From assembly GCA_034521595.1 (NCBI GenBank), contig JAXHMG010000003.1, positions 3,008,001 to 3,072,000 of the forward strand: a DNA stretch of 64,000 bases, given 5' to 3'. Numbering within the stretch: position 1 is the first letter of the stretch; each line of letters starts with the position of its first letter. Below the pieces are notes generated by a model. That model ran no database searches, was not told the origin of the DNA, and saw nothing but the letters and a program-made list of their open reading frames with translations. The DNA is from Gemmatimonadota bacterium. Its GTDB lineage: Bacteria; Gemmatimonadota; Gemmatimonadetes; Longimicrobiales; Gaopeijiaceae. The position numbers and the translations under genes are program-made. Below, piece by piece: positions 35,138 through 45,680 of this stretch.

Positions 35138-37211
35138 TCAGGACGATACGCCTTCGCGGGCTTCGCGTACACCCGTCGCCGACGGCCGGAACGTGCGGTG
35201 CCGGAGGCCCGCCCGGGCACCCGAGAGCGCGTCCCGCATCTCCCGCAACTCGGGGGCGTTGAGCGCCTCGCCGCCCCATCGTGCGCGCAGGTACAGCTCG
35301 ACGATGCGCTCGGCCGGTCCGGCGGCGTCCGGCCGCTCCGTCCTGACCCGCGCGAGGAGCTCGGTGGGGGTCACGCTCGGGGTCACTTCGAGACCCGCTC
35401 GAGCGCACGCTCGGCGCAGCTTCGCATAGAGTCGCGTCGAAGCCTCCACCGTCCGGTCGCGACGTCGCAGCAGCAGCCATCCGACGACGGCGGCGGCGAG
35501 AATCAGGATGGGAAGCAGGTAGCGGCGCATCCCCCCCTCGGCGCTCGCGGCGTTTCCGGCATCCGCTCGGTCCCGGGTTCCGGTGAGGATGCCCGACCAG
35601 CGTGACAGAAGGCCCGACTGGTCGTCGCTCCCGTAGTCGAGCACCCACTTGCTCCAGCGGTGCTGGACCCCGTCGAAGAGGATGCGTCCCGGCCAGAACC
35701 ACGAGCTCGTCGCGGTTCCCGATCCGTCGTCCGCGGGGGTGGGATCGAACGTCACCCACCCGTACTGGGGAAACCAGACCTCGACCCAGGAATGCGCCTC
35801 GTTCTGCGTCACGACGAGATAGTTGCCGAACTCGGTCCACTCTCCTCCCAGGAAGCCGTTGACGTTCCGCGCCTGGATGCCCGCCGCGCGGAGGAGGACC
35901 ACCATCGCGGTGCTGAAGTACTCGCAGTGTCCCGCCTGACGCTCGAACAGGAAGTGCTCGAGCGAGGTTTCGGACGCCGAAGCCCGGGAGCTGGCGGGTG
36001 TAGTCGAACGTCCGGAGCCACTGCTCGATGGCGCGCGCCCGGTCGTAACGGGTCTCATGCCCTTCGGTGAGCGAGTCGGCGAGCGCCTGGATCCGGGGGT
36101 CGAGCTCCGGAAGCTGGAGAAAGTACCGGTCGGACGGGCTGAAGCCCCCGTCGACGGCCCGTAGCGTTTCCGGCGAGGGGGGAAGTGACGCCGAGCGCGC
36201 CGTGTAGGTGGGTGATCCCGAGCCCCAATACACGAAGTCGCCCGCGTTGTCGACGAGCGGCTGCACGCCGTTGTCCGCTTCGACGCTGAGGGTGGGGTGG
36301 AGGGCGAACAGGACGCGGCTGTCGAGGGGCGCGCCGTAGATCCGCTGCTCCACGACCGGGCCTTGCCAGCGCTCGCGATACCAGCTTCGCGGTGCGGACG
36401 CGGGAGGAAGCGCGTCCGAGCGGGTCCAGCGAACCCCGTCGAAGTGGTCGTACGACCGCCCGCGCCACCGGAGGTTCCCCACGTTCGCCGGAGCGCCGTC
36501 CGGAAACTCGACGCGGAGCACGATCTCGGGATTTCCCAGGATGGTCGATCCGTGTTGCCCGATCGAGACTTCATCGCTGAATCCGGCCATGGACGAGGCG
36601 AAGGTCTCACCCCGTCCCGAAAAGCCCTGGGATACACGGGGGAACGTCAGGAACACGAGCCCGGCCACGAAGAGGACCGCGACCGAGAGCATGGCCGTGG
36701 TCGTGAGGAGGCCCCGCCCCAGCGGCACCTGCCGCACGCCGTGCCGCTCCGCTCCACGGCGCAGGTGTCCCACCATGAGCGCGACCGTGGCCAGGCCGAC
36801 GTAAGCCACGAATCCGACCAGGAAGAGGACGCCCGGCCGGTACGCCGTCGCGGCCAGGATCAGCGCGAACGACAGGGCGTAGAGGCGCAGATCGTTGGGT
36901 GCTTCGAGCGCTCGGAGCGACTCGGCGGCCATGAGGAGCAGGAGCAGGTCGACCACGGGGATGACCACGTCGTCCTGGATCACGAAGACGTGCACTAGCG
37001 CGCGGGCCACCAGGAGGGTGGCCAGCGGAAGCCAGAGCCGCTCCAGGCGCGCCGACCACACGGGGTCGGGGTGCCACACGAGGCTGGTGACGAGCGCGAC
37101 GAGCGCCAACGCGGCCGTGAAGGGCTCGAATCCCGCGCCGCCGGAGAAGGCGAGCAAGCCGGCCATCCCCATGAGAACCGCCAGGCGGCGGTGGAGCAGC
37201 CGCAGGTTCAT
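35138..37211 (-). pseudogene. TgpA-like (DUF3488) transglutaminase membrane protein with a one-base frameshift near 35985
   Basis: N-terminal TM region and WRGRSYDHFDG in one frame; GHCEYFSTAM, AHSWVEVW, W..FDPTP in another; removing one base from the CCCGGG run joins them. Confidence 0.8.
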
Positions 37212-38290
37212 GCTGCTACCTCCGCCGGCCCGACCCGGAGCGTGTCGCTGAAGCCGCTGGCGCCTCGCAGCGTCACGAGCACGCAGCTCGCCCGTCCGGC
37301 CGGAGGCTCCGGCACCTCGGCATCCGCGGAGAAGTCGATCCGGGCCAGAAGGTCGAGGGCGCGCTCGAGCGTGCCGACGTCGCTCGCGGGCCCGACCACG
37401 CCCTCCGTGGTCACCAGGCCAAAGGGACGCCGCTCGGCGACGCACCGGGCCGCGAGCGTCGCCGCGATCTCGACGGCCTGTTCGGCGGCTTCACCCTCCT
37501 CGCCCCGTGTGTCGAGGCAGATCCAGCGCGTCTCGGCCGCTCCCCGCTCGTACTCCCGGACGACCGGATACTGCAGCCGGGCCGACGACTTCCAGTGGAT
37601 ATCGCGCGGATCGTCTCCGGTGCGGTAGCCGCGCAAGCTCCGGTACTCGCCCCGTGCGCCGCGTGCGCCCCGCGACGCTCCGCCTCCGTGTGGGGCGCGG
37701 CCGCTCCCGGGCGCGGGGTCGCGGACGGCGGCGTCCCTTCTCGGCCACACCACGATCTCCGCCGGCATGTCGAGGTCGCGTTCCTTGCGGAAGAGGCCGA
37801 ACGGGAAGGATGTCGAGAGCGTGAGGGTGCGGAGCGGATAGACGCCTCGACGGACGAAGCCGTTCGTCGAGCGGACCGTGGCGCTCCCGCCCGCCGGGAC
37901 GTGCGACAGGAACGCCGGCTCCGGGAGGCCCTCCTCGACGAGCTCCACGGCCAGGGTGGGGAGACGCCGCTTGCGGTTGCGCACATGGTAGGTCAGCACG
38001 ACGTCGGCCCCGACCGTGACGGCCCGGGGAACCTGGCGCTCGATCTCCAACGACCGGATCGTTTGCTCGGAGAGCCATCCGCTGACCGCGATGAAGCCGA
38101 GCATGGCCCCCAGCAGGAGGTAGAGGAGGTTGTTCCCGGTGTTGAGCGCGGCGAGCCCGACGGCCGTGGTCCCGATGGTGAAGGCGACCCCGCCGGCGGT
38201 GAAGTGGATGCGGCGCCACGCCCGGAGCCGCGCGAGGAGCGAGCGCGTCCCCTCCAAGGCTCGTCGCGGGAGATCCGCCGCGGAGCTCAC
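37208..38290 (-). CDS. DUF58 family protein
   Basis: AALNTGNNLLYL, RRGVY, FPFGLF, GEYRSLRGYRTGDDPRDIHWKSSAR. Confidence 0.9.
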   Translation of the reverse strand: MSSAADLPRRALEGTRSLLARLRAWRRIHFTAGGVAFTIGTTAVGLAALNTGNNLLYLLLGAMLGFIAVSGWLSEQTIRSLEIERQVPRAVTVGADVVLTYHVRNRKRRLPTLAVELVEEGLPEPAFLSHVPAGGSATVRSTNGFVRRGVYPLRTLTLSTSFPFGLFRKERDLDMPAEIVVWPRRDAAVRDPAPGSGRAPHGGGASRGARGARGEYRSLRGYRTGDDPRDIHWKSSARLQYPVVREYERGAAETRWICLDTRGEEGEAAEQAVEIAATLAARCVAERRPFGLVTTEGVVGPASDVGTLERALDLLARIDFSADAEVPEPPAGRASCVLVTLRGASGFSDTLRVGPAEVAA

Positions 38291-39270
38291 ACCGGAACCT
38301 CGACCTCGTCGAGAATGCCTTCGAGCACGCGCGCGGCTTCGTCGTGACCGCCCGGCGTGCCGGGCGTGCCGCCCGCCGCCATCACCCGGTGGGCGAGACA
38401 GGGCACGACGAGGTCCCGCAGGTCGCTCGGGATGAGGTACGTGCGCCCGCGGGTCAGCGCGTACGCCCGCGCCGCCCGGTGGAGCGCGATCCCGCCGCGC
38501 GGGCTCACGCCCATGCGGAGCCGAGGGGACGTCCGCGTCCGCTGCACGATCTCCATGAGATCGTCGAGGATGGCCGCATCGACCGTGACGTCGTCGATCC
38601 GTTTCTGGAGCTGAAGCACCTGCTCCGGCGTGAGCACCGTCCGGAGGCGCTCGAGGACCGGCTGCGCGGTGGACGACTCCGAGAGGATGCGCCGCTCGGC
38701 GTCGGCGTCCGGATACCCCACGGTGATCCGCATGAGGAACCGGTCGAGCTGGCTCTCGGGGAGCGGATACGTCCCGTGGTGCTCGAGCGGGTTCTGGGTG
38801 GCCACCACGAGGAACGGGCGCGGGAGCTCCAACGTCTCGTCGTCGATGGTCACGCGGCCTTCCTGCATCGCCTCCAGGAGCCCGCTCTGAGTCCGCGGGG
38901 GAGCCCGGTTGATCTCGTCGGCGAGCAGGACGTTGGTGAAGATGGGCCCCGGACGAACATCGAACTCGGTCGTGCGCGGATCGTACACCGACACCCCCAG
39001 GACGTCCGACGGGAGGAGGTCGGACGTGAATTGGATGCGGCGGAAGCCCAGCCCCAGCGTCTTCGCGAGGGCGTGGGAGAGCGTGGTCTTCCCGACCCCC
39101 GGAACGTCCTCGAAGAGAACGTGGCCTCCGGCGAGTAGGGCGGCGAGCGCGAGCTGAACGACTTCCCGTTTGCCGTGGAAGACGGTCTCCACCTCTCCGA
39201 CCAGGTGGTCGAGGAGCTCCAGCGAAGGACGCGTCTCCCGCGCGGGCGCCGTCGTGACGTACTCTGGCAT
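38287..39270 (-). CDS. MoxR family AAA+ ATPase
   Basis: EDVPGVGKT, RIQFTSDLLPSD, LADEINRA, ATQNP, GTYPLPESQLDRF. Confidence 0.95.
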   Translation of the reverse strand: MPEYVTTAPARETRPSLELLDHLVGEVETVFHGKREVVQLALAALLAGGHVLFEDVPGVGKTTLSHALAKTLGLGFRRIQFTSDLLPSDVLGVSVYDPRTTEFDVRPGPIFTNVLLADEINRAPPRTQSGLLEAMQEGRVTIDDETLELPRPFLVVATQNPLEHHGTYPLPESQLDRFLMRITVGYPDADAERRILSESSTAQPVLERLRTVLTPEQVLQLQKRIDDVTVDAAILDDLMEIVQRTRTSPRLRMGVSPRGGIALHRAARAYALTRGRTYLIPSDLRDLVVPCLAHRVMAAGGTPGTPGGHDEAARVLEGILDEVEVPV

Positions 39271-39434
39271 CAACACCTTCCACTGCGAGGAGCGTGCTGC
39301 CCGGGGGTGTATCGGACCTGTCGGGTGGGGGGATCCCGCGCGGACCCGGCGGACCCTCGCGGGCCGGGTTTTCGGAGTGAAAAAGTATAACACTCACAGG
39401 GTGAAAAAGGTTCTCACGCGGGGCCCGTGCCCGC

Positions 39435-39464
39435 TTGACCCCACCCGGTGGCATGGGGTAGGTT
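39435..39464 (+). promoter_or_regulatory. Candidate sigma70 promoter of the act operon
   Basis: TTGACC-N18-TAGGTT, about 120 bp upstream of actA. Confidence 0.4.
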
Positions 39465-39581
39465 GATCCCGATTTTTCGGGCATGTTCCGATTCGTCACA
39501 AGCGGATCGAATATTGAGCGGAACATCCCTCCTTGCGCCGGCTCCCTAGGCGCTTCGCTTCGTTCAGGACCTAGCCTTCGA

Positions 39582-40136
39582 ATGAAACAGCACTGGCTGA
39601 TCGGCGGCCTCGCCGGCGTGTTCGCCCTCGGCGGGCTCGCGTTCGTCCAGGGAGGAGGCACCGCGGATAGTGGTGCCGAGAGCGCCGCGGAATCCTCCGT
39701 CCAGCCCATCGCGTTTCCGCATGACGTTCATGCCGGCAGCGAGGACGGACAGGCGAACATGGACTGTCAGTTCTGCCACTTCTCGGCGGAGCGTTCCGTC
39801 GACGCGGGCATCCCGTCCGTGTCGACGTGCTGGGGCTGCCACCAGGTGGTGCAGGGCCGGAACAACCCGGAGGAGGTCGCCAAGATCCAGGAGTACGTGG
39901 AAAGCGGCGAGCCGATTCCGTGGGTGCGTATCTACAAGATCTCCGACCATGCCCACTTCCCTCACATGCGGCACGTGAACGCGGACGTCTCGTGCCAGAC
40001 GTGCCACGGTGAGGTGCAGGAGATGGGCGTACTCTCCGAACGAGACCCGGCCTGGGGTGGCGACAACATGGGCTGGTGCGTCGACTGCCATCGCGAGAAC
40101 GAGGCGTCCATCGATTGCGCCGTCTGCCACTATTAG
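39582..40136 (+). CDS. actA: Alternative complex III pentaheme cytochrome c
   Basis: Five CxxCH motifs; QPIAFPHDVH; PIPWVRIY; operon context. Confidence 0.9.
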   Translation: MKQHWLIGGLAGVFALGGLAFVQGGGTADSGAESAAESSVQPIAFPHDVHAGSEDGQANMDCQFCHFSAERSVDAGIPSVSTCWGCHQVVQGRNNPEEVAKIQEYVESGEPIPWVRIYKISDHAHFPHMRHVNADVSCQTCHGEVQEMGVLSERDPAWGGDNMGWCVDCHRENEASIDCAVCHY

Positions 40137-40161
40137 CCGCCACTCGGGCCGGATACGAACC

Positions 40162-43100
40162 ATGACTGATGGCATAAAGAGGCGCGACTTTCTCAAGGTG
40201 CTCGGGGTTTCGGGCGCCAGCGCGACACTGACCGGGTGCTCCACCGGAGACGTCGAGCGCCTGATTCCATACGTCGTGGCACCCGAGGAGATCACTCCCG
40301 GGGTGGCCACCTGGTATACGACGGCGTGCGGCGGTTGCTCCGCCGGGTGCGGGATGTGGGTCCGCACCCGCGAGGGCCGGGCCGTGAAGGTGGAAGGCAA
40401 CCCCGACCATCCGGTCTCGCAGGGCGGGCTCTGCACGCGCGGGCACGCCACGCTCCAGCACCTCTACAACCCGGACCGCTTCCCGGGCCCGATGATCCGG
40501 GAGGGCGACCGGCTTCGCCAGGGAACGTGGGACGAGGCCGAGCGCCTGCTGGCGGCCCGGATCCGCAGCCTGCCGGAAGAGCAGGGCGTGCTGTTCATCG
40601 GAGGCGATGTCGGTCCGACGCTGAGCACGCTGATCGACGACTTCATGGGCGCGGTCGGGGGAGAGCGGATCGGCTACGATGCCGTCTCCGACGCGCCGCT
40701 GCGGGAGGCCGTTCGCATCGCGTACGGCAGCACCGGCCTGCCGGAGTACGATATCGAGAGCGCGCGCCTGCTCCTCTCCTTCGGCAACGACTTCATCGAG
40801 ACGGGCAGCCAGCCGGTCGCGCACCAGAGGGGGCTCGCGCGCATGAGCGGGGTGGGCGAGGACGGCTCGAAGGGCCGGTTCGTCTTCCTAGGCTCGCGCC
40901 TGTCCCTGACCGGCCTGAACGCCGACGAATGGATTCCGATCCGGGCCGGGTCGGAGGCCGCGGTGGCGCTCGGGATGGCGTCGGCCCTCGCCCGGGGAGG
41001 CGCCGCGGGTCCGTACGAGAATCTGCTGCAGGCGTATACTCCCGCCGAGGCCGCCGAGGCCTCGGGCGTGGGCGAGGACACCATTCGTGAGCTCGCGGAG
41101 CGCTTCGCGGGCGAGGAGCCGAGCCTGGCCCTCGGGCCGGGTGCGGGGGTGCATCACCGCAACGCGACCGCCGCGAACCTCGCCGTGCTCATCCTCAACG
41201 AGGTCGCCGGCAACGTCGGCCGCACCGTCCGCTACGGACGGGAGCCCGCGGGCGCCACGAGCTCCTACATGGAGATGGAGCGCGCCATCGGGCGGATGGC
41301 CGCCGGGGAGATCGGCGTCGTCATGGTGCACGGGACGAACCCCGCGTACTCCCTTCCGGAAGGGGCGGGGTTCGCCGACGCCTTCGGGCAGGTCCCCTAC
41401 AAGGTGTCGTTCGCGTCCGCGCCGGACGAGACGACCGAGGTGGCGGATCTGGTGTTGCCGGACCGTCACTTCCTCGAGGCGTGGGGCGACACCGCCGCTC
41501 GCTCGGGGGTGACGACCATCCAGCAGCCCGTCATGCAGAACGTGCCCCACTTCGACAGCAAGCAAGCGGGCGACGTGCTCCTCGCGGTGGGGGGGCACCT
41601 CGAGCAGGACTTCGGGGCCAGCACGTTCTACGAGTACCTACGGGCCGCGCATCGGGCGGCGCACGATCCCGCCGACGGCGACTTCGAGCGCGCGTGGCGG
41701 GCGGCGCTCCGCCGCGGCGTCGTGGAGCGCCCGGACGGAGCCGGCACGGTGCCACAGCTCCGGGCGCCGGACGCCGCGCTGACCTTCGACGTGCCCTCGT
41801 TCGACGGTGATGGCGACCTGACGCTGATGGTGCACCCCTCGTCGCGCTTCGGCGGCGGCGAGTTCTCGAACAGCCCCTGGTTGCTCGAGCTCCCCGACCC
41901 GGTGTCGAAGATCACGTGGCACTCCTGGCTCGAGATCCATCCCACCACGGCCGAGGCGCGCGGCATCCGGGAAGGCGACATCGTCACCGTCACCTCGCCG
42001 CACGGAGAGGTGCAAGTTCCGGCCTGGCTCTACCCGGGCATCCGGGAAGACACGGTGGCGCTCGCCATGGGCGGAGGCCACACGAACATGGGCCGCTGGG
42101 CGACCGGCCAGGGCGTCAACGCGGTGCGCCTCCTTCCCGCTTCGGCGGAGCAGCCGTCCGGGACCCTCGTCACGGTCGCCACGACCGTCACGGTCACCCC
42201 GACCGGCGAGCGCCGCCTGCTCGCGAGCATCGAGGGCTCGGACGACCAGCACGACCGGCCCATCGCCCCGGCGGTCGCGTTGGCCGAGCTGGGACACGCC
42301 GCCGACGAGCACGCCGAGGAAGATGCGCACCACGGCGAGCTTCAGGAGCTCCAGGGCGTCGGCGGCTTCGTGCCGGTGCCCGGTGAGGACGGCGCGCCGC
42401 AGGCCTTCCCGCTCGAAGGCTCCCGCCACGGCGAGTACGCCGACGCGCAGGAAGGCCCGCGTTGGGCCATGGCCATCGACCTCGACAAGTGCACCGGCTG
42501 CAGCGCCTGCGTCACGGCGTGCCAGTCCGAGAACAACGTCCCGTGGGTCGGCGAGGACCAGATCCAGATGGGCCGGGAGATGAGCTGGATCCGGCTCGAG
42601 CGCTTCTACGAGCACATCGACGCCACGCAGGCGAGCCATCTCGACGTGCGCTTCCTGCCCATGCTGTGCCAGCACTGCGGCAACGCGCCGTGCGAGCCGG
42701 TCTGCCCCGTATTCGCCACCTACCACACGCCCGAAGGGGTCAACGCGCAGGTCTACAACCGTTGCGTGGGCACGCGGTACTGCGCCAACAACTGCCCGTA
42801 CAAGGTCCGCGTCTTCAACTGGTATCGGTTCACGGACGACGTGCCCGAGCCCATGAACTGGCAGTGGAATCCGGACGTGACCGTGCGCGACAACGGGGTC
42901 ATGGAGAAGTGCAGCTTCTGCATGCAGCGGATCCGGGACGCGGAGAACCGCGCGGCGCTCGAAGAGGGACGGGAGGTCCGGGACGGCGAGATCGTGCCGG
43001 CCTGCGAGCAGAGCTGCCCGGCCGAGGCGATCGTTTTCGGCAACATCCGTGACCCCGATTCACGGGTGGCTCAGGTCGTCGCGAACGAGCGGACCTACAA

Positions 43101-43188
43101 GGTCCTCGACGAGTTCATCAACACCCAGCCTGCCGTGAACTACCTGAAGAAGGTCACGTTCCACGAAGTGACCGGGGGCCACGAGTAA
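40162..43188 (+). CDS. actB: Alternative complex III subunit B (molybdopterin-oxidoreductase-like plus Fe-S domain)
   Basis: Tat motif KRRDFLK; KVEGNPDHP; NSPWLLELPDPVSKITW; CTGCSAC, CQHCGNAPC, RCVGTRYCANNCPYK, MEKCSFC. Confidence 0.92.
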   Translation: MTDGIKRRDFLKVLGVSGASATLTGCSTGDVERLIPYVVAPEEITPGVATWYTTACGGCSAGCGMWVRTREGRAVKVEGNPDHPVSQGGLCTRGHATLQHLYNPDRFPGPMIREGDRLRQGTWDEAERLLAARIRSLPEEQGVLFIGGDVGPTLSTLIDDFMGAVGGERIGYDAVSDAPLREAVRIAYGSTGLPEYDIESARLLLSFGNDFIETGSQPVAHQRGLARMSGVGEDGSKGRFVFLGSRLSLTGLNADEWIPIRAGSEAAVALGMASALARGGAAGPYENLLQAYTPAEAAEASGVGEDTIRELAERFAGEEPSLALGPGAGVHHRNATAANLAVLILNEVAGNVGRTVRYGREPAGATSSYMEMERAIGRMAAGEIGVVMVHGTNPAYSLPEGAGFADAFGQVPYKVSFASAPDETTEVADLVLPDRHFLEAWGDTAARSGVTTIQQPVMQNVPHFDSKQAGDVLLAVGGHLEQDFGASTFYEYLRAAHRAAHDPADGDFERAWRAALRRGVVERPDGAGTVPQLRAPDAALTFDVPSFDGDGDLTLMVHPSSRFGGGEFSNSPWLLELPDPVSKITWHSWLEIHPTTAEARGIREGDIVTVTSPHGEVQVPAWLYPGIREDTVALAMGGGHTNMGRWATGQGVNAVRLLPASAEQPSGTLVTVATTVTVTPTGERRLLASIEGSDDQHDRPIAPAVALAELGHAADEHAEEDAHHGELQELQGVGGFVPVPGEDGAPQAFPLEGSRHGEYADAQEGPRWAMAIDLDKCTGCSACVTACQSENNVPWVGEDQIQMGREMSWIRLERFYEHIDATQASHLDVRFLPMLCQHCGNAPCEPVCPVFATYHTPEGVNAQVYNRCVGTRYCANNCPYKVRVFNWYRFTDDVPEPMNWQWNPDVTVRDNGVMEKCSFCMQRIRDAENRAALEEGREVRDGEIVPACEQSCPAEAIVFGNIRDPDSRVAQVVANERTYKVLDEFINTQPAVNYLKKVTFHEVTGGHE

Positions 43189-44555
43189 TGGCCGTCGGAA
43201 CCACCGAGCGCGGCGCGCTCACGCATCCGGACGTCGAGCGGCTCGACGACGTCAACCGCGATGTCCTCAAGATGCTCTCCGCCCCCGGCAAGGGGTGGTG
43301 GGCGCTGTTCGCCCTGTGCATCGCCGGGGTCGGCCTCTTCTTCGTCTCCTGGATCTATCAAATGGTTCGGGGGATCGGGGTTTCGGGGCTCAACTCGCCG
43401 GTCGGCTGGGGTGTCTACATCACCACCTTCGTCTTTTGGGTGGGTATCGCCCACTCGGGGACGCTCATCTCGGCGATCCTGTTCCTCTTCAGGGCGCCGT
43501 GGCGACAGTCGATCTACCGCGCGGCGGAGGCGATGACCGTCTTCGCGGTCATGACCGCGGGGCTCTTCCCGCTCATTCACGTGGGTCGGCTGTGGCACGC
43601 GTACTGGCTCGTGCCCTACCCGAACTCCCGCTTCCTCTGGCCGAACTTCAAGTCGCCCCTGGTCTGGGACGTCTTCGCGGTCACCACGTATTTCACCGTG
43701 TCCGCGGTCTTCTTCTACCTGGGCACCATCCCGGACGTGGCCGCGGCGCGCGACCGCGCGACCGGACTCCGCAAGAAGCTCTACTCCGTCATCTCGATGG
43801 GGTGGCAGGGCACGGACCGGCAGTGGCACCACTTCGGGAAGGCCTACATCTTCCTGGCCGCCCTCGCGACCCCGCTCGTGCTCTCCGTGCACTCGGTCGT
43901 CTCCTGGGACTTCGCCATGGGGATCGTGCCCGGCTGGCACGCCACGATCTTCGCGCCGTACTTCGTGGCGGGCGCCATCTTCTCCGGGGTCGCGATGGTG
44001 ATCACCCTCACCGTGCCGCTCCGCAAGATCTTCGGGCTCGAGGCGTACCTCACGACCAAGCACTTCGATGCGATGGCGAAGCTGTGCCTGCTCACGTCGC
44101 TCATCGTGCTGTACGCCTATCTGACCGAGTTCTTCATGGCCTGGTACAGCGGTGAGGAGATCGAGCGGACCGCCTTCTGGAACCGTCTGTTCGGACAGTA
44201 CTGGTGGGCTAGCTGGACCATGCTGGTGTGTAACGGGCTCGTGCCGATCATGCTCTGGTTCAAGCGGGTGCGGCATTCGATTCCGGCGCTCTTCGTCATC
44301 TCGATCTTCATCAACATCGGGATGTGGTTCGAGCGCTTCGTCATCGTCGTCGTTTCGCTTTCGCACGAGTTCGAGCCGTTCGCCTGGGGCGCGTACCGAC
44401 CGTCGCTCACCGAGATGGGGATCATGGTCGGGAGCTTCTTCTGGTTCGGCTTCTGGTTCCTGCTCTTCACCCGGTTGCTTCCGCCCGTCGCCATTCAGGA
44501 GCTGAAGGAAGTCCTGCCGGCGCCCAACCGGAAGCAGGAAAAGGAGGCTCACTGA
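43188..44555 (+). CDS. actC: Alternative complex III subunit C (NrfD family quinol-binding)
   Basis: WGVYITTFVFWVGIAHSGTLISAIL, SPLVWDVFA, LVLSVHSVVSWDFA, GMWFERFVI. Confidence 0.93.
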   Translation: MAVGTTERGALTHPDVERLDDVNRDVLKMLSAPGKGWWALFALCIAGVGLFFVSWIYQMVRGIGVSGLNSPVGWGVYITTFVFWVGIAHSGTLISAILFLFRAPWRQSIYRAAEAMTVFAVMTAGLFPLIHVGRLWHAYWLVPYPNSRFLWPNFKSPLVWDVFAVTTYFTVSAVFFYLGTIPDVAAARDRATGLRKKLYSVISMGWQGTDRQWHHFGKAYIFLAALATPLVLSVHSVVSWDFAMGIVPGWHATIFAPYFVAGAIFSGVAMVITLTVPLRKIFGLEAYLTTKHFDAMAKLCLLTSLIVLYAYLTEFFMAWYSGEEIERTAFWNRLFGQYWWASWTMLVCNGLVPIMLWFKRVRHSIPALFVISIFINIGMWFERFVIVVVSLSHEFEPFAWGAYRPSLTEMGIMVGSFFWFGFWFLLFTRLLPPVAIQELKEVLPAPNRKQEKEAH

Positions 44556-45079
44556 TGAGTGAGGGGAAGCAGGGGTTGCTCGCGTCGTTCGAGTACCTCG
44601 ACAGCACGGTGGACACGATCGAGGGGCTCAAGAAGGCGGGCTTCGAGGACCTCAAGGCGTTCGCGCCGTACCCGGAGCACCACATCGAGGACGCGCTCGG
44701 CTACGGCCAGAGCCCGGTCCGGGTGTGGACGCTGGTGGGCGGCCTGACCGGCACCGCGACCGGCTTCGCGTTCACGACCTGGACGTCCATGGACTGGCCG
44801 CTGGTCGTCGGGGGCAAGCCGATCGTCTCCATTCCCGCCTATGTCGTGATCGCGTTCGAGATGACCGTGCTGTTCGGGGCGCTCGCTACGGTCATCGGGC
44901 TCTTCGTGCTCTCCCGGCTTCCCAACTTCAAGCCGGCCGTCGTCTACGATCCGGAGTTCACCGCCGGACGCTTCGGCGTCTACGTGGAGGCTCCGGCTGA
45001 ACGCCTCGAGGAGGCGCGCAGGATCATGAACGAGCAGGAACCGGTGGAGCTGCGGGAAGGGGAGGCGGCCCATGCGTAA
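44555..45079 (+). CDS. actD: Alternative complex III subunit D (DUF3341)
   Basis: DWPLVVGGKP, IAFEMTVLF, DPEFT.GRF. Confidence 0.88.
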   Translation: MSEGKQGLLASFEYLDSTVDTIEGLKKAGFEDLKAFAPYPEHHIEDALGYGQSPVRVWTLVGGLTGTATGFAFTTWTSMDWPLVVGGKPIVSIPAYVVIAFEMTVLFGALATVIGLFVLSRLPNFKPAVVYDPEFTAGRFGVYVEAPAERLEEARRIMNEQEPVELREGEAAHA

Positions 45080-45677
45080 GGCGATGACGGCGGTCTGCGT
45101 TCTGGCCGTGCTCGTGAGCTCGGGCTGCAAGCCGCTCGACGACGCGATGGTCGCGGTGTTCGGGCGCAGCATGCGGGACCAGCGCAGCTTCGATCCCTAC
45201 GAGAACACTCGCCCGCCACCCGAGAACTCGGTCGCCTTCTCGTTCGGCACCGTGCCCGCGCGGGACGGCGAGGTGAACCTCGGGCAGCCCGAGGGGGTGG
45301 ACGTACCCCACTTCACGCAGAACGACCTCGGGACGCCCGGCGTGGGCAACGAGGTCATCCAGGGGCTCGAGAACCCCATCGACCCGAACGACGAGGAAGC
45401 CCTGGCGCGCGGGCAGGAGCTCTACGAGCGCTACTGCATCGTGTGTCACGGCCCCGACGGCATCGGCGCCAACGCGTACATCGCGGAGCAGCACCCCATC
45501 CTCCCGCAGTACAACATCTCGGGTGAGCCGGCCGTGAATTACAGCGATCAGTACATCTACGCGATGATCCGGGTCGGGCGAGCCCTCATGCCGGGGCTCG
45601 GGAGCCGCATCACCCACTTCGACCGCTGGAAGGTCGTGAACTACGTGAGAACGCTTCAGGCGCAGGCGGACGACTAA
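45072..45677 (+). CDS. actE: Alternative complex III subunit E (monoheme cytochrome c lipoprotein)
   Basis: Lipobox SSGC; CIVCHG; MP...DRWKVVNYVRTLQ. Confidence 0.88.
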   Translation: MRKAMTAVCVLAVLVSSGCKPLDDAMVAVFGRSMRDQRSFDPYENTRPPPENSVAFSFGTVPARDGEVNLGQPEGVDVPHFTQNDLGTPGVGNEVIQGLENPIDPNDEEALARGQELYERYCIVCHGPDGIGANAYIAEQHPILPQYNISGEPAVNYSDQYIYAMIRVGRALMPGLGSRITHFDRWKVVNYVRTLQAQADD

Positions 45678-45680
45678 CCC

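Noticed and set aside
35980-35990. Programmed ribosomal frameshift in the transglutaminase gene
   Set aside because: No slippery heptamer; a one-base insertion in a G/C run explains it more simply.
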